DNA of 45,466 bases, filler included, from Jimgerdemannia flammicorona (Eukaryota): assembly GCA_003990765.1 (NCBI GenBank). It is 2 parts of 2 records of this genome, joined end to end, with 100 filler letters (N's around TTAATTAATTAA, not from the genome) between each part and the next. Parts side by side here need not be neighbours in the genome. Positions count along the whole stretch, not along the records: positions 1 to 22,684 come from RBNJ01001226.1; 1 more part is not named here. One strand, given 5' to 3'. A program made the translations under genes and the position numbers. Positions 1 through 12,573 of the stretch are shown here, piece after piece (the stretch's first letter is position 1; every line of letters starts with the position of its first letter). The notes under the pieces are model-generated. The model saw only the letters and a list, made by a program, of their open reading frames with translations, ran no database searches and was not told where the DNA came from.

Positions 1-262
1 TTCCCCCATTGTCGCAAGCCGACCCTTGCCCACCAGCCCTGTCTCCTCCTCCACCACGTCCTCCTGCCAGCAGGCCCCTCATGCTTCCCCCCAAGCCAGG
101 ACCTCTCCCCACATTCTGCCATTCGAACGCTCCAGGGCCACCCTGCCCAGTACGCACCTCCGGATGTTCATTGGTCGCCATGAAACTAGTAGCTTTTCTC
201 CAGAAACTGTGTTGAAAGTGTTGCCAAAGGGTTGTGTAACCTGAATGTTACCGGAGAAAGAT
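1..262 (-). mobile_element. 5' end (5'UTR and ORF1 N-terminus) of an L1/Tx1-like LINE, running off the window edge
   Basis: Positions ~205-260 align with the 5' end of the full-length LINE at ~41425-41480 (gtgttgccaaagggttgtgtaacctgaatgttaccgg vs gtgttgctgaagtcttgtgtcacctgaatggtactgg). The ATG at 181 gives MATNEHPEVRTGQGG, compared with MTTNMNGNDQSGEHTGQGG from the ATG at 41414. Confidence 0.75.
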
Positions 263-269
263 GCCAATC

Positions 270-600
270 ATCTCACCGATGGCAAGCTTGTGAGTGCAGA
301 AGGGTTGAGAAGTATGTCATAAATGTCCTTGTTGGCCTTGCTTCAGGGGATAGTGGCAATGACTTCATTGAGAAGGGATGAGACAATACCAAAATTAGCG
401 CAGTCGTACACACACTCCAGCACCATCTTCATAAGCTTGGAAAGGAGGAGAACATTTGCTGTAAGATATATTCCAACTGTGATGGAATACCTACAGTGTT
501 GTCAATGGATTCAGTGTAAATGTAGCTGAAGACGATGTCAAGCACCATGGAGGTGATGTCATTGAGGACAACATCACAAAAATATTTCGACATTCTGATA
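270..600 (-). pseudogene. Frameshifted fragment of a BTB/POZ-domain protein gene
   Basis: Minus-strand translation gives DVVLNDITSMVLDIVFSYIYTESID and, in a second frame, TVGIYLTANVLLLSKLMKMVLECVYD. This matches the C-terminal half of BTB domains (l.d+...F..+L.Y+YT...+y.aA..l.l..L...). It contains a frameshift and a stop, and abuts the LINE 5' end. Confidence 0.55.
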
Positions 601-1071
601 TACCTTATGTATTCGCAAAAGTGCAGAATCAGAATGTAGCTTTTTGAATATCTGAATTGCCAGTCTGGATTGTATGCCTTGTAATGCATTGTTGGGAATG
701 CTTACAGAACTAGAATGATAGCCAGAATTCCACAAAATATCTGTAGAATGCACTATATATCCCTCAATTAAAAAACATCATACATTAATTGAAATTTATT
801 GTAAGCCCTGTATAGCAAAGACAATAGTATGATAATGATTATTGATATTTTTAATTATAGAAAAGGAAAAATATATATTATAAAGAGGAAATCTAGAAAC
901 TCAATTGTAATGAACAGCAATCATGTGACCAGACGATGATGTCACGAATGAGCGACACATGAACAAGACAAACAAGACATAGAAAATGAAATATCGAAAA
1001 ACCCTGAACATTTGAGCTACAGCTCACACTATAGCAAACATATTACTTTACCAACATATTACCTAAAGAGT

Positions 1072-1127
1072 TTGTCCTGAGTACAGACAGTTGTTCTGAA
1101 TACAAACAGCTGTCCTGAACATAAAAG
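1072..1127. repeat. 19-bp tandem repeat, 3 copies
   Basis: ttgtcctgagtacagacag / ttgttctgaatacaaacag / ctgtcctgaacataaaag. Confidence 0.7.
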
Positions 1128-1274
1128 CATGTTTGCTTGTAGAACAAACAGAGCAGTCATATTCACATTTAGTCATATATAGCCAAAATCTGCAAACCAT
1201 TATGTATTTGAAATAAATTAGCTCTTAGTTCAGTACAAAATACAAGAAGTCCCCCTCCACACATATTCCCTCTG

Positions 1275-2480
1275 AGTTCTTAGTAATGATATCTAAGTTA
1301 CTCAAGTATATCTAACTATACTCTAGAAGTTTAGTTAACTTTTACTATACTAAGAACTAATATATAAATCTCTAAGAGTGCTTGAGGTAACAAGCCTGGG
1401 GAGAAGGGTAAGGTAAGTACTGGGAGGGCTGGAGGTCAATGTCTAGTGAGGTGGACATAGGGACTGAGAGAACTGTTGCTGGTAGTTAGAGTATAAATAC
1501 TATTGATAGTAGAGTTATGATAAATCTAAGATATAACTACTAAATATAAGGCTGAGCAGACAGAGTGGGGAATCTGGTAGATAGTATGATAGGTCTGGTG
1601 GTGGCTCTATTACTCAAGAAGTTGATCTCAGAATTCATAGTTATTTTGTACTTCTAGAAGCTAGTAATAACTAAAATAGTCTTAGATCTAATTATAAACT
1701 AGATAACTAAAGCATTCTCAGTAAAGTTTCTATATGGGTTGAAGTAGGTTGAGGTGGGGTTTGAGAAGATAGAGCTATTAGAGAAGGTCTTGAGGACTGA
1801 GTTATCAGTTAGCAAAGTAGTGATACTAATAGCTTAGTGTCTGAGATAAGATTCAAAAGTAGTATAGCTTCTAGTAAAAGAGGTACTTATAGTGATAACT
1901 GTCAAAATAAGAAAGAGAGTAGAGGAGATTATGAGAGTATTTGATAAGATAGTAGATATTGGATTTCTGATATGGAAGGAGACCTTATTTTAAATAGAGA
2001 ATATGAATATTTAACTCTAGCTTATAGAAAAGAAGACTACTAGGAAGGCTAGAGACTAGTCTTTAGTACTGATATAAGATATCTTTATTTATAAGATAAT
2101 GAGAGTGAAAGAGAGTAAAGAAGAGAAAAAGGATTTACTAGAGACTCTGAAGGAATTCAGTAGAGTATTAAAGTATAAGTAGAGATATAATAGATATATA
2201 TAATATTAATATATTTAAAGATAGTAAATGATAAGCAAAATTATATAGATAAGATAATATAGAAGAAGGCTTAGAAGAGAAAGAGATAAAGAGATCTACT
2301 AGTAGATCTAAAGAAGAGAATAATAACTAGAGTTAAGGAGGATTCAGAAGGAGTAAAGGTAAGAAATTGAGCTGAAGATAGAGTAAGAAAGAAGAAAGAG
2401 AATATAGTAAAGAGCAAGAAGATGAGGAGTTAGTAACTCTATAATAATGATATGCTTGAGGTCTAAGAGAAAGAGAAGTA
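1275..2480 (+). mobile_element. Heavily mutated ORF1 remnant of the same L1/Tx1-like LINE group
   Basis: Translation from ~1630 (SEFIVILYF*KLV...VKFLYGLK*VEVGFE...IA*CLR*DSKVV*L...IVDIGF...IMRVKESKEEKKDLLETL) aligns with ORF1 at 40400-40920 (SEFAVTIYFRGLV...VKFLKGKEEIEVGFE...MARCMCWDPRVVQL...IVNVGF...ITRVKGTLEEEENLLEAL). Boundaries are approximate. Confidence 0.75.
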
Positions 2481-2945
2481 TAATAACCCTTCTTAATCTA
2501 TTTCTTATTCTTGAATAATTAGAGTACTGTGGAGAAATTACTTAGTGACTTAGTATATAAGTATACTAAGAAGCCTTCAGTATAAGAAAGTATCTTCTTA
2601 AAAGTAGTTATAGTAGTAATATCTTTTCTCAAATAACTGTAATTATAAGAGACTTATTCTTTATTTATATATAGATTAAATCTATCTTAGAATTCAAATT
2701 CAATAAGAGATTTATATAGTAGTCTTAGTTCTAGTAGAAGTTAGCTAAACTTTTGAAGTTTAGTCAGAAATATAAAAGTCACTTAGATATCATTATTAAG
2801 ACTTAATATATATATATATATATAGAGGGAACTTAATTCTTATATCAAAGACTAAACTAAAATATCTTTATTTAGATAAAATATTGAGGGTATTTATATA
2901 AGTTGGTTCATGATTTCTGGCTAACTAATTTAATAACTATAGATA

Positions 2946-2996
2946 ACCTTTGTAATCAGAACCTTTGTGATCAGGACCTTTGAGATCTGGACCTTT
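2946..2996. repeat. 15-bp tandem repeat, about 3.4 copies
   Basis: acctttgtaatcaga / acctttgtgatcagg / acctttgagatctgg / accttt. Confidence 0.7.
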
Positions 2997-3757
2997 ATAC
3001 TATAGATTATTAGATAATAATTGATTGCTGTAGCAATTGCTACAGTTTTAGTTATTAGAGATAAGCTAAATATTGTTTAATCTATATTATTTACTTTATT
3101 TGCTCTTTTATATTATTTATTATATATTACTCAATTATAATATCATTACTATAATATTACTAGATTATATAATTATATGTCATATCTCATTCATTTACTC
3201 ATTCTATTATATTCTTCTTCTTTTAGAAATCAATATCTATATTGATTCTGAAGTTGAGGACTAGGGGAGAGGTTGGGGCATCTTTCTCCTCATCTATATT
3301 ACTGTTACCTTCTTATCTAATAGTGGAAGAGAGGGTTACTGACTCAGTATCAAATATAGAGAAGTTAATAAGATTTATAAATAGTTTTTATATATTTACA
3401 GATATTGAAGTAGGGGTCCTCTATTTAATATAATTAGAGCCATCTAAGTAGAGAACTTATTAGTTATATCTAGAGATATTTATTCAAGTAAGTAATCCTT
3501 CAAAAAGTTCAGATAGTCCTTGGAGCCATTGATTAGGATTATTATTCAGAAGAGAGCTCTAGTAGAGTTTGTAGTTAATAGACTTGAGAGTGATCTAGGA
3601 GTGGGCTTCTTTAGTAATCTTAATTTTTGATATATATATCAATCTTAGAAAAAGAGAGGCTCTGAAAGTTCTTTAGTTATATATTATTGAGGTTGAAAAT
3701 TACAAAAGATATATGTTATATAATTTGATAAATCTTCTTAGTTTGTCTTTTCTTATA

Positions 3758-4221
3758 TATAAATAGTTTTAGTTTCTTTAAGAGAAAGTAGCTAAGTCTG
3801 ATATTCTAGTAGCTCTAAAGTAGCTCAAAGAGATACTTATAGATTCAAGTATTCTTAAAGGAATTTTAGAAGAAAATATTCTGAGCTTTATTCAAGTAGA
3901 GAATAAGAATATTTATATAAGATCTGAAAGAAAAATCTGAAAGGATCTCAGAAAAGAAGAGAAAGACCAAAAAATAGATTTTTGGTAAAAATGATTAATA
4001 GAATTCTATACTGTTCCAAAAGGTTCTATAACTAGATATTTAGTACTACTTAGTGCTGAGAAAAGATAAAAATGTTCTAGTGATGTCTTGGTACCAAGAG
4101 AAGATTTCTAGACATTTAGAAGATATTAGAATATAGTAGAATATTTAGGAAAAGATAAGAAAAGACTGGTGAAAGTTATAAAAAAGTACTAAGACTGAAA
4201 TATAACTATAAAATTATTACA
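3758..4221 (-). repeat. 3' LTR (464 bp) of the chromovirus-like element
   Basis: The reverse complement aligns end to end with the LTRs at 25701-26164 and 31777-32240. It begins TGTAA on the minus strand directly after a polypurine tract. Confidence 0.88.
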
Positions 4222-7200
4222 CCTCTCTCTCTCTTTAAGAACTAATATTCTCATTAAGTTCTTAGATTATATAAGACTAAATATATTTAATTAAAATTTC
4301 TCAAACTTATATTAGTATATTAGTGAAGGACTGACCATCCTTATATAGAGCAAAGGGTCTATTACTAGACTAACTATCTGAAAGAGATTTGAACCTAGCT
4401 AGTAGCTTTATTTTAGTAGACTTCTTATTCACTAGATGTTTTACTTATTCTGGAATCCTAAAGTAAACTTCTAATATAAATATAAGACACTAGTTATTAC
4501 TATAGATTATCAATAATCTAAAGAAGTTACTATAGAGATTGGGTAATATATTTTACCTAAAGTCTTAGACTAGGTCTTGGAAGTTCTTGAGATTAACCAG
4601 TAGTTTCTAGATAGTATTATATTTAGGATAAAATATCTATTTGATTAGATATTCAGAATAGTAGTAGTAGATTCATTTGTTAAGAATTTTTTCAACTTTA
4701 TATATAATATAGTCTTCAATAATTACAGAGGTAGATGACTTGAAAATTTAACTAAAGTAGGGTAGTAACTAGTTCCAGATATTAAGGTATAATATATAAA
4801 AGACTGAGTATATCCTCATGGTTTTAGATAGCTTGAGATAGTAGATAAATATAGAGACTTGTTCAATAATCTCAAAGAGTCCAATATACTTGAGCTGGAA
4901 TTTGTTTGAAGAGTAGTTGATCTGAGATTGTATCTTGAGATTCTTAGTAGATAGTAGAACTTGATCTTCAATAATATATATGTAACATCATAGTACTTCT
5001 TGTCAGCATACTTGACTTAATATTGTTTAACTTTCTGAAGATTTACAATAGTGATCTTGAGTAGTTTGTCTATCTTGTCTATATATAAGGTTCTTGATAG
5101 TAAAGATATATATTTGACTGTTTTTCTTGAAAGAGACTAGACTTGCAGAGGTCTCAGAATCTTAACTATAGAGTAGCTGAAAGAAAAAGAGACTAGTAAA
5201 TAATTGAATAGTATTGTTATATAAATTCTATATATATCAGATAGTGGTCCCAATTATCTAACTCATAAGAAATATAGTTTCTGAGTATTTGCTCTAAGAT
5301 TCTATTTATATGCTCAGTTTGTTTATCAGTTTATAGATAAAAGTTAGTAGATATGGCCAATTGAGTTCCCAGAGTCTTGTAGAGAGTTTGTCAGAAGTAA
5401 CTTAAACTTGAGATCATAGTTACTGATAATTACTTATAGTAGATCATAGTGATAGAAGATGGACTTGAAGAAGATTCTTACAATCTCAAGTATAGTAATA
5501 TTAATAGTAGTGGGTTTTGTAACCATAGTCTTGGTTAGGTAGTTAATAAATATAATAATAGCATTAGTATCAGATTGAGATTGAGTTATAAAGTCTATTA
5601 TAACTTACTCAAATTTCTTGTAAGATTAGCAGTAGTTGTAGTAAACCAGCTAATGCTTAGTTGGTAGATTGTTGCACTGATAGAGATCACAGCTAATAAT
5701 ATAGTTCTTTATTTCTTTGATTATATTTAGCCAATAGTAGTGATATTGAGTATTTGTAAGAGTTTTCTCAATTTCAAGATGATCAGCAAGTGAGGAGATA
5801 TAGTATTCTTATAGTATCTTATAGTGTAGATTCATATTATTAGATAAATAGACTTTGTCTTGATAATAGATCAGATTGTCCTTAATGGTATATATATTCT
5901 TGAGCTCATTTAAGAAGACTCTAGTAGTAATAGTGTCTTTTTTATAAGCTTATCTGATTTGGTCAAAGAATTCTGAAACCAGAGTAACTTGTATAATTAT
6001 AACAAGGTTCAGATATCTAGATAAGGTATCTGATACTACAAGTGTTTTTTCAGGCTTATAAATGATCATTGGATTAAAAGTTTGAAGCTTTAGGCTTTAC
6101 TTAACTTATAGATATAACAGGGTAGGTTGGATATTGATATACTTGAGTAATTGATGGTCAGTAATGATATTAAATACAATATCTTTTAGATAGTATTACC
6201 AGTAATCTAGTATATATATTATTACTAATAGCTCTTTCTCATGAGTAGCTAGCTTTTGTTTAGCAGAAGATAACTTATGGAACTCAATGACAATAGAGTG
6301 ATGTCCTTTACTATCATCTTGTAAAAAGACTGCTTTAATAGCAAAATTTGATATATTAGTAGTAATAGTGAATTTTAGACTTAGATCTGTATTACATAGA
6401 ACTGAAGTATGGATTAGGCAGTTCTTGAGTTCTTGAAAGGCTTATTGATAAAAGAGATTCCAGGTATAGAGCACATAGTAATTAGAGTTAGAGACCTTTC
6501 TTATGAGGTTAGTCAGTGACTCAGTAATATTAGAGAAATTTCTAATAAAGTAATAGTAGTAACCAGCTAGACCAAGAAAGAACTGGAGTTCTGTGAGATT
6601 TAATAGAATAGGTTATTTTTAAATTATCTCTATCTTGTACAGATCTATTTGAATTCCTTATATAAAGATAACATAACTAAAATATTTGACTTATTCTTTA
6701 AAGAATTTATACTTCTTAAGTTTTATATATAGTTTATATTTTTGCAAGATCTCCAGGACTACTCAGATATACTTGAGGTATTCTTCTTTAGTTATACTAA
6801 AGATCAAGATATACTAATAAGAAGATAAATAGTTGGTCTTTGAATATCTTATTCATAATAGTCTAGAATATAATGGGTGTATTAATAAGATCAAATACTA
6901 GAACTAAAAATTTGTAAAGTCCAAAGGAGGTTATAAATATAGTCTTAAGAATATCTTCTAGCTTGATTCAAATTTGATAGTTACTCAACATGAGGTCCAG
7001 CTTAGTGAAGTACTTAGTATTCTTGAGAGTATCAAAAATTTGATCAATCAAGTATAGCAGATATTGGTTCTTAACTGTAAGCTTATTGAGTATTCAGTAG
7101 TCTATATATATAGATAGGATACTATTCTTCTTCTTAACAAATAATACTGATGAGCTATAGAGAGATTTGCTTGATTGAATGGCTTCTTATATAAGTAACT

Positions 7201-8084
7201 CTCCTAGTTCTTTCTTGACTACTTCAATCTTGAGAGATAATATATAGTATATGTATTTCTTAGATAGTATAGCTCCTGAAGTTAGTTCAATTTCATGATC
7301 AACTTCTTATATAGGGAATAGATCAGATAGCTTATCTGAAAAGACATCCTTGAATTCTTTAAGCAATAACTTGATATTTTTATTAATTGATAGCTTCTTG
7401 TCTTATTTCTTAGAATAGACAATTGCATTAAAGATATATACTGCCTTCTTGAGTCTTTCTTATACTGTATTGCTAACAATATTATAATCTGAGTTTTGTT
7501 TATAGACTTGTCTGTCTTGATAGTCACATTGACTCTATCTTGAAGTAAAGTAACTTCATTTTTATACTAATTAATATTCAGATTGTGTATGATAAGCCAG
7601 GATTTTCCTAAGATCATATTATAATCTTCTAGTAGTGTAACTTCAAAATTTACTTATTTTCAATATTTCTAAATCTTGATAAATAGTTTGGCAGCAATTG
7701 ACTCAATAGGATTTAGTATACTATCTACAGTAACTATATCATCATTCTTAGATACTGGTTTGGTAAGAATCTTGAGATTTTCAATAAGATTCTAATTAAT
7801 GAAGTTTTCTATAGCTCTACTGTCTATAAGTACTTAAACTTCTTTTCCTTTAACTAGATCATTGAAAATGAAAATAGCTTGTACTCAGTTTTCAGTAAGA
7901 CTTACTGCTTAATCAGTATTACCAAAACCTTTTTAGTCTCTCTTAGTTTTAGATATTTCTTGGACTTCTATAATTTTGGATTGACTGACTTTTTCTAGGA
8001 TCATTTGCATTACTCAGTCCCTTCTTTGACTATATAGTCTTGATCCTTCTAGTTGATAAGTAAGACTTAAACTTGCCCTCAAAT
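3758..8084 (-). mobile_element. 5'-truncated chromodomain-bearing Ty3/Gypsy element (chromovirus-like): decayed PR-RT-RH-IN-chromodomain plus 3' LTR
   Basis: Reverse-complement homolog of the element at 25701-32240. Protease remnant (VLIDSRAIENFI...MILGKSWL) at ~7560-7880, RT/RH ~6000-7330, IN ~4800-5900, chromodomain ~4530-4710, PPT at 4222-4237. Ends at the poly(T) at 8085. Confidence 0.9.
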
Positions 8085-8395
8085 TTTTTTTTTTTTTTTT
8101 TATAGTCACTTGGACTCCTTTATTACTAAAGAATATCTATTACAATAACAACCTCATACCATGACTACTATAATGATAATGTATAAATAAAAAGCCCTTT
8201 TGTCAACCCCCCATCAACCTATCCTAATTTTCCACTACACCCCACTCTCACCTAACACCAAATAGCTCTGACTCTTAGAGATAATGATCTGTACCTTCTT
8301 CACTTTCCCCAGCTCCTGCTGTCTTCTCTGGTACTACCACTCCTATACTACCTTTCTTATAAGTCAATACCAATGCTCTACCAATTGTTCTCATT
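8085..8395 (-). mobile_element. Short 3' fragment with poly(A) tail of an L1/Tx1-like LINE
   Basis: T17 followed by atagtcacttggactcctttattac, nearly identical to the tail of the full-length LINE at ~35701-35740 (atagtcacttggactgccctttattac). The right boundary is approximate. Confidence 0.8.
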
Positions 8396-8536
8396 AGTCT
8401 GAATCAATAATATCAGTGCCAATATCTAAGTGATTAGTGTTCTAAATGAGTCAATTCAAATCAAATCCAGATTTGATTCATTACATAATGGTTTGACTCA
8501 AATTTTAATCTGAAACAATCCAAATCAACTTAGATT

Positions 8537-8830
8537 AATCTGAATCACTCTATCTAAATCACTTTATCTGAACTACTCCATCTGAACCACTCTATCCAAA
8601 TTACTCCATCTGAACTACTTAATCTGAATTACTTAATCTGAACCACTCAATCTGAATCACTCAATCCAAATTACTTAATCTGAATTATTCAATCTGAATT
8701 ATTTAATCCAAATCACTCAATCTGAATTACTCAATTCAAATTATTCAATCTGAATCATTCAATCCAAATTATCCTATTCAAATTATCTAATCCAAATCCA
8801 TCAATCTGAATCCTCCAATCTAAATCCTCT
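8537..8830. repeat. 14-bp minisatellite, 21 copies, consensus AATCTGAATYACTC
   Basis: Uninterrupted 14-nt periodicity from aatctgaatcactc (8537) to aatctaaatcctct (8817-8830), with no spacers. Confidence 0.92.
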
Positions 8831-8849
8831 ATATGACTCTTTATACTAG

Positions 8850-8907
8850 ACATATCTATATAAACATATATACATATATACAAACATACACATATACAAA
8901 TACATAC
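8850..8907. repeat. Degenerate (TA/CA)n microsatellite
   Basis: catatatacatatatacaaacatacacatatacaaatacatac lies immediately left of the LTR of element A. Confidence 0.75.
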
Positions 8908-9374
8908 TGTAACATAGCAGATACTTACTCTTGAAAGTATGTCAGATTTCTATATCTTGAAAACTTGACTGTTCTGACTCTCGCAGAGTCTCTTGAAGTT
9001 GCAGGGGAGAGTGGGTGAGTGTGAAGTATATCTGCCCACAGGCTTACAAGTTCCTTTGCTATCTCTTTGCTTTGAAATATTTTGATCTGAGGTTTATTCA
9101 CTCAAAGATACTGGGTTATTTATACAAGTTTGCTAGCTATGAGATAGTTACTGAGTTATGTAGCTAGGTTATGAGTCATTTAATACTTTACAAAATATTT
9201 TGCCAGTTGCAAAATGCTATACTATATTGAGAAGCTCGATCTCACACTTTGTGAAATATTTAGCAAGTGGTGAAATCAAGGACTACTAACTATGTGGCTA
9301 TACTACTTTGGGACTGGGTGTGATCAAGTATCTGTTCCCTATTTCCTTCTTCCAAATCTGGCTATACCATCACA
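8908..9374 (-). repeat. 3' LTR of element A
   Basis: Direct repeat of 15159-15625 with TGT...ACA ends. On the minus strand it has TATAAATA followed by AATAAA at ~9092-9124. Confidence 0.95.
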
Positions 9375-9879
9375 ACTTCCTCCTAAATAGATGATCTCAT
9401 CCTTAAAGTATCTATTCAAACTCCCAAGCTTCAATGGTCTGTATGGTCTTATATTGTGTGATTTGTTACATTACTGTTTCCCAATGGTGTCGCCTGACTC
9501 AATCGAAGTCTGAGGGAGTCACTCCTCACAGGTGGGCTAGTGCTGGTTCATCCTCTCAGAATAGCTTGTGGATTCTCTTAGCAATGGTGATCTGGGAATA
9601 GAAGAGCTAGTATTCTGTGATCCAATTTTCTTTGGTCATTTCTGGGTCTTGGTTGAGTACTTGGCCAAGTTTGAAGTACTCTTGAAATTTGTTTCAATGC
9701 TGATAGGCCTTGAAGTGTGAGATTTGAGAGAGATGAGTCTGTACAATGCTTTGGATACTATCATAAGACTTCTCTATGGTCAGAGGCTCGGTGGTACATA
9801 TACCATTGTCTCTTGATGGCTCTTTGGGCAGCGCTAGTGATCTTGAGTGCCATCGCAGTACTTCTGTTACTAGCCATGA

Positions 9880-10930
9880 TATTTCTTGAGTTAGTTTTGA
9901 TGAATGGTGGTGGAGATTATTGTGTCTGAGAGCTTTCATAGTCAGAAAGTAGTCCCTTTTATATCTTGCACCAGGTAAGGTCCTTTCCACTTGGGCTCCA
10001 GTTTTCGTGACCATGAAGCTTCTACCATATTCCAATATACTAGGACTTTGTCTCCTATCTTGATAATCTCTAAGGGTTTGTGGGTCTTTTCCACATTCCT
10101 CCATTGTAGTGTCTGTGCCTTGTTTATGTAATCCTCAGCCTTCTTTCTGATTTGATGTAGTCTCCATATTTCCATGTCTACATGTTTCCATATAGCATCT
10201 CCATTAGATGATAGGGTTCCCTGAGAACATTCTTCTCTGAATAGCATTTCTCGAGGAATAAAGTGGGTACTTTGTGATTGGATATCCTGGAGAGTGGATA
10301 ATGCTATTGGCAGATAGTGATCTCAGTTTTCATAGTTATCACAGATCTTGGCAATAATATTCTTGAGGGTCTTGTTGGTCCTTTCTGCTTGTCTGTTTCC
10401 TTAGGGGTGATAGGCTGTAGTCCAAATGTGCTGGATCTTATACTTCTTATAGAGAACCTCAAAGAGCTGATTCACAAATTCTGTTCCTCTATCTATAGTT
10501 ACTTATATTGGGGTCTTGAACTGGCAGATGATTTCCTTGTGGGAGAAATCAGTGATTGACTGTGCATTGGCTTCCTTGAGGGGTCCTGCTTCTATCCACT
10601 TTGTAAAAAGATCTATGATAACAATGATATATCAGTTACCAGTCAGGGTCAAGGGTAGAGAGCTGGTTACATCCATTGCTATGTGGGCAAATAGTACTGG
10701 TTCTATGCATACTGATCCTGGGGCCTGGTTTCATTGGTCTTGTTTCTGTTTCTGGCATTTGTCATAGGTTCTGATGAATTGTCTGATATCTTCTTCTATT
10801 CCAGGTCACCACATGGTTCTTCTTGCTTTGTCATATATATTTGTTCCTCCTTCATGGCCTTGTTCATGTACTTCTTTCATTACTTGATTCTTCCGGTATT
10901 TGGGGATGACTAATTGTTGTCCTTTCTTGA
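9880..10930 (-). pseudogene. pol: Integrase of element A (HHCC, catalytic core, GPY/F motif)
   Basis: VHEQGHEGG...KARRTMW, and IKIGDKVLVY...KLEPKWKGPYLV. Interrupted by stops. Confidence 0.9.
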
Positions 10931-11149
10931 GTATTTCTCCATCAGTTTTGAATTGTTTCCATGTCTGATTAATAATTGTTTTTGTCCATTCTTCCAGATG
11001 CGGGAGCATCTTTTACTACCCCAGGTAGCTGATGATTCCATAGTACAGCTCCCTATTTATGGTGATTTTGTGGGGGTGGGGTCCTTCGGGGTGTCTATGA
11101 GAGGGTGTTGGCATTGGCATTGGTTCTTCTGGGGCAGTGAGTAATTGTG

Positions 11150-12400
11150 GCATCATATGCTTACAGCTTCATGATTCATCGGTCATAGATTCCTTTGTAT
11201 TCACTGGTGGTGAGCAACTAGGTGAGTACTGAGTGGTCTGTCTGGATAGTAAAGTGTCTTTCCGCCAGGTAATAGTGGAACTTCTCTACAGCCCAGATGA
11301 CTACAAGATATTCTAGCTTGTATGACTCATAGGACTGCTCTGCTCCATGAGTACCTCAGCTGAGATAGGCTACTACATACTTGGTGCTATTCTTCTTCTG
11401 TGCAAGGACAGCTCCAAGTCCCATTGTACTGGTATCTGTCTGTAGAATAAATTCTCATATCCAGTCAGGTCTTCTCAAGATTGGAGCCTGGGTCAGTCTG
11501 ATATTGAGTTCATCGAAGGCTAGTTGCTGTTATTGTGTCCACTGGAACTTGACCTCTTTTCTGAACAGGTCATAGATAGGGCTGGCAATGTGAGAGAATC
11601 TTCAAATAAATCTCCTATAATAGGATGCTAGTCCCATGAAGGCTCAGGCTTCAGTGACACTGGTAGGTACCAGGTATACTACTACTGCCTTGATCTTTGT
11701 GGGATCTATATGTATTCCTTCATGGTTGATAATGTGTCTGAGGTATGCGATTTCTTCTTTTCCAAATTTGTATTTCTTGGGCTTAATGTAGAGGCCATTT
11801 TTGCGAAGCCTTCTGAGGATTTCCTCAATATGTTCTAAGTGCTCCTTGGCTGTTTGGCTGAAGATGATCACATCATCCACATATACCATCATCTATTTTT
11901 CCATAATATTCCTGAAGATGCTATTCATCATTTGCAGGAAGCTTGCTGGTGCATTGTATATTCCAAAGGGCATGCAGAGATAGATATAGGTTCTATCAGG
12001 AGTGATGAAGGCTGATCTTTTGCTGACTTCAGATGTAAGGCCAATTTGGTAGAATTCTGAGAACAGATCCAGAGTGGTGTAAAATCATGATTTATTCCCC
12101 AGCATGATAAGAATGTCATCAATATTGGGCAATAATTGTCTATCCTTCTCTGTGACCTCATTGGGTCTTCTATAGTCTGTGCAGAGTCTTGGTGCAAATT
12201 CTCCTGATCGGCTTCCTTTCTTTGGTGCAAGGACAATAGGTGAAGACCAAGGGCTGTTGGCTTCCTTAATGATACTGGATTCCTCCATTTCCTTGATTTC
12301 AGTCTTAAGCCATTCCCTGTATGCTGGCAGAATAGGATGGGCTTTTTGATAGATTGGTTTCACATCTCTAGTATTGACATCATGATAGTACAAGGGTTTC
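11150..12400 (-). pseudogene. pol: Reverse transcriptase and RNase H of element A
   Basis: NSPWSSPIVLAPKK, RLCTDYR, VYVDDVIIFS; RNase H TDTSTMGLGAVL and TDHSVL motifs. Confidence 0.92.
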
Positions 12401-12573
12401 TTAGTCTTGATGTCCTCGAAATCTGTGGCCAGTATATCTTCAAATATATGCAAGAGGTTCTGCAACTTCTTCCTAAGGGGAAAGTTCTTTCTGATTACAT
12501 AAGTGTGTTTGTCTTGGCTTTCCTCCTTCTTGTGCTCCAATTCTGTAATCTTGGTGCTGGCAAATACTCCTCT

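Noticed and set aside
2490..3750. Possible decayed coding remnant (VLYLDGS on the minus strand near 3440-3460, RNase H-like)
   Set aside because: A single short motif in extremely mutated AT-rich sequence is not enough to assign.
8537..8830. CRISPR-like array
   Set aside because: The units are contiguous 14-mers without unique spacers, there are no cas genes, and the context is eukaryotic.
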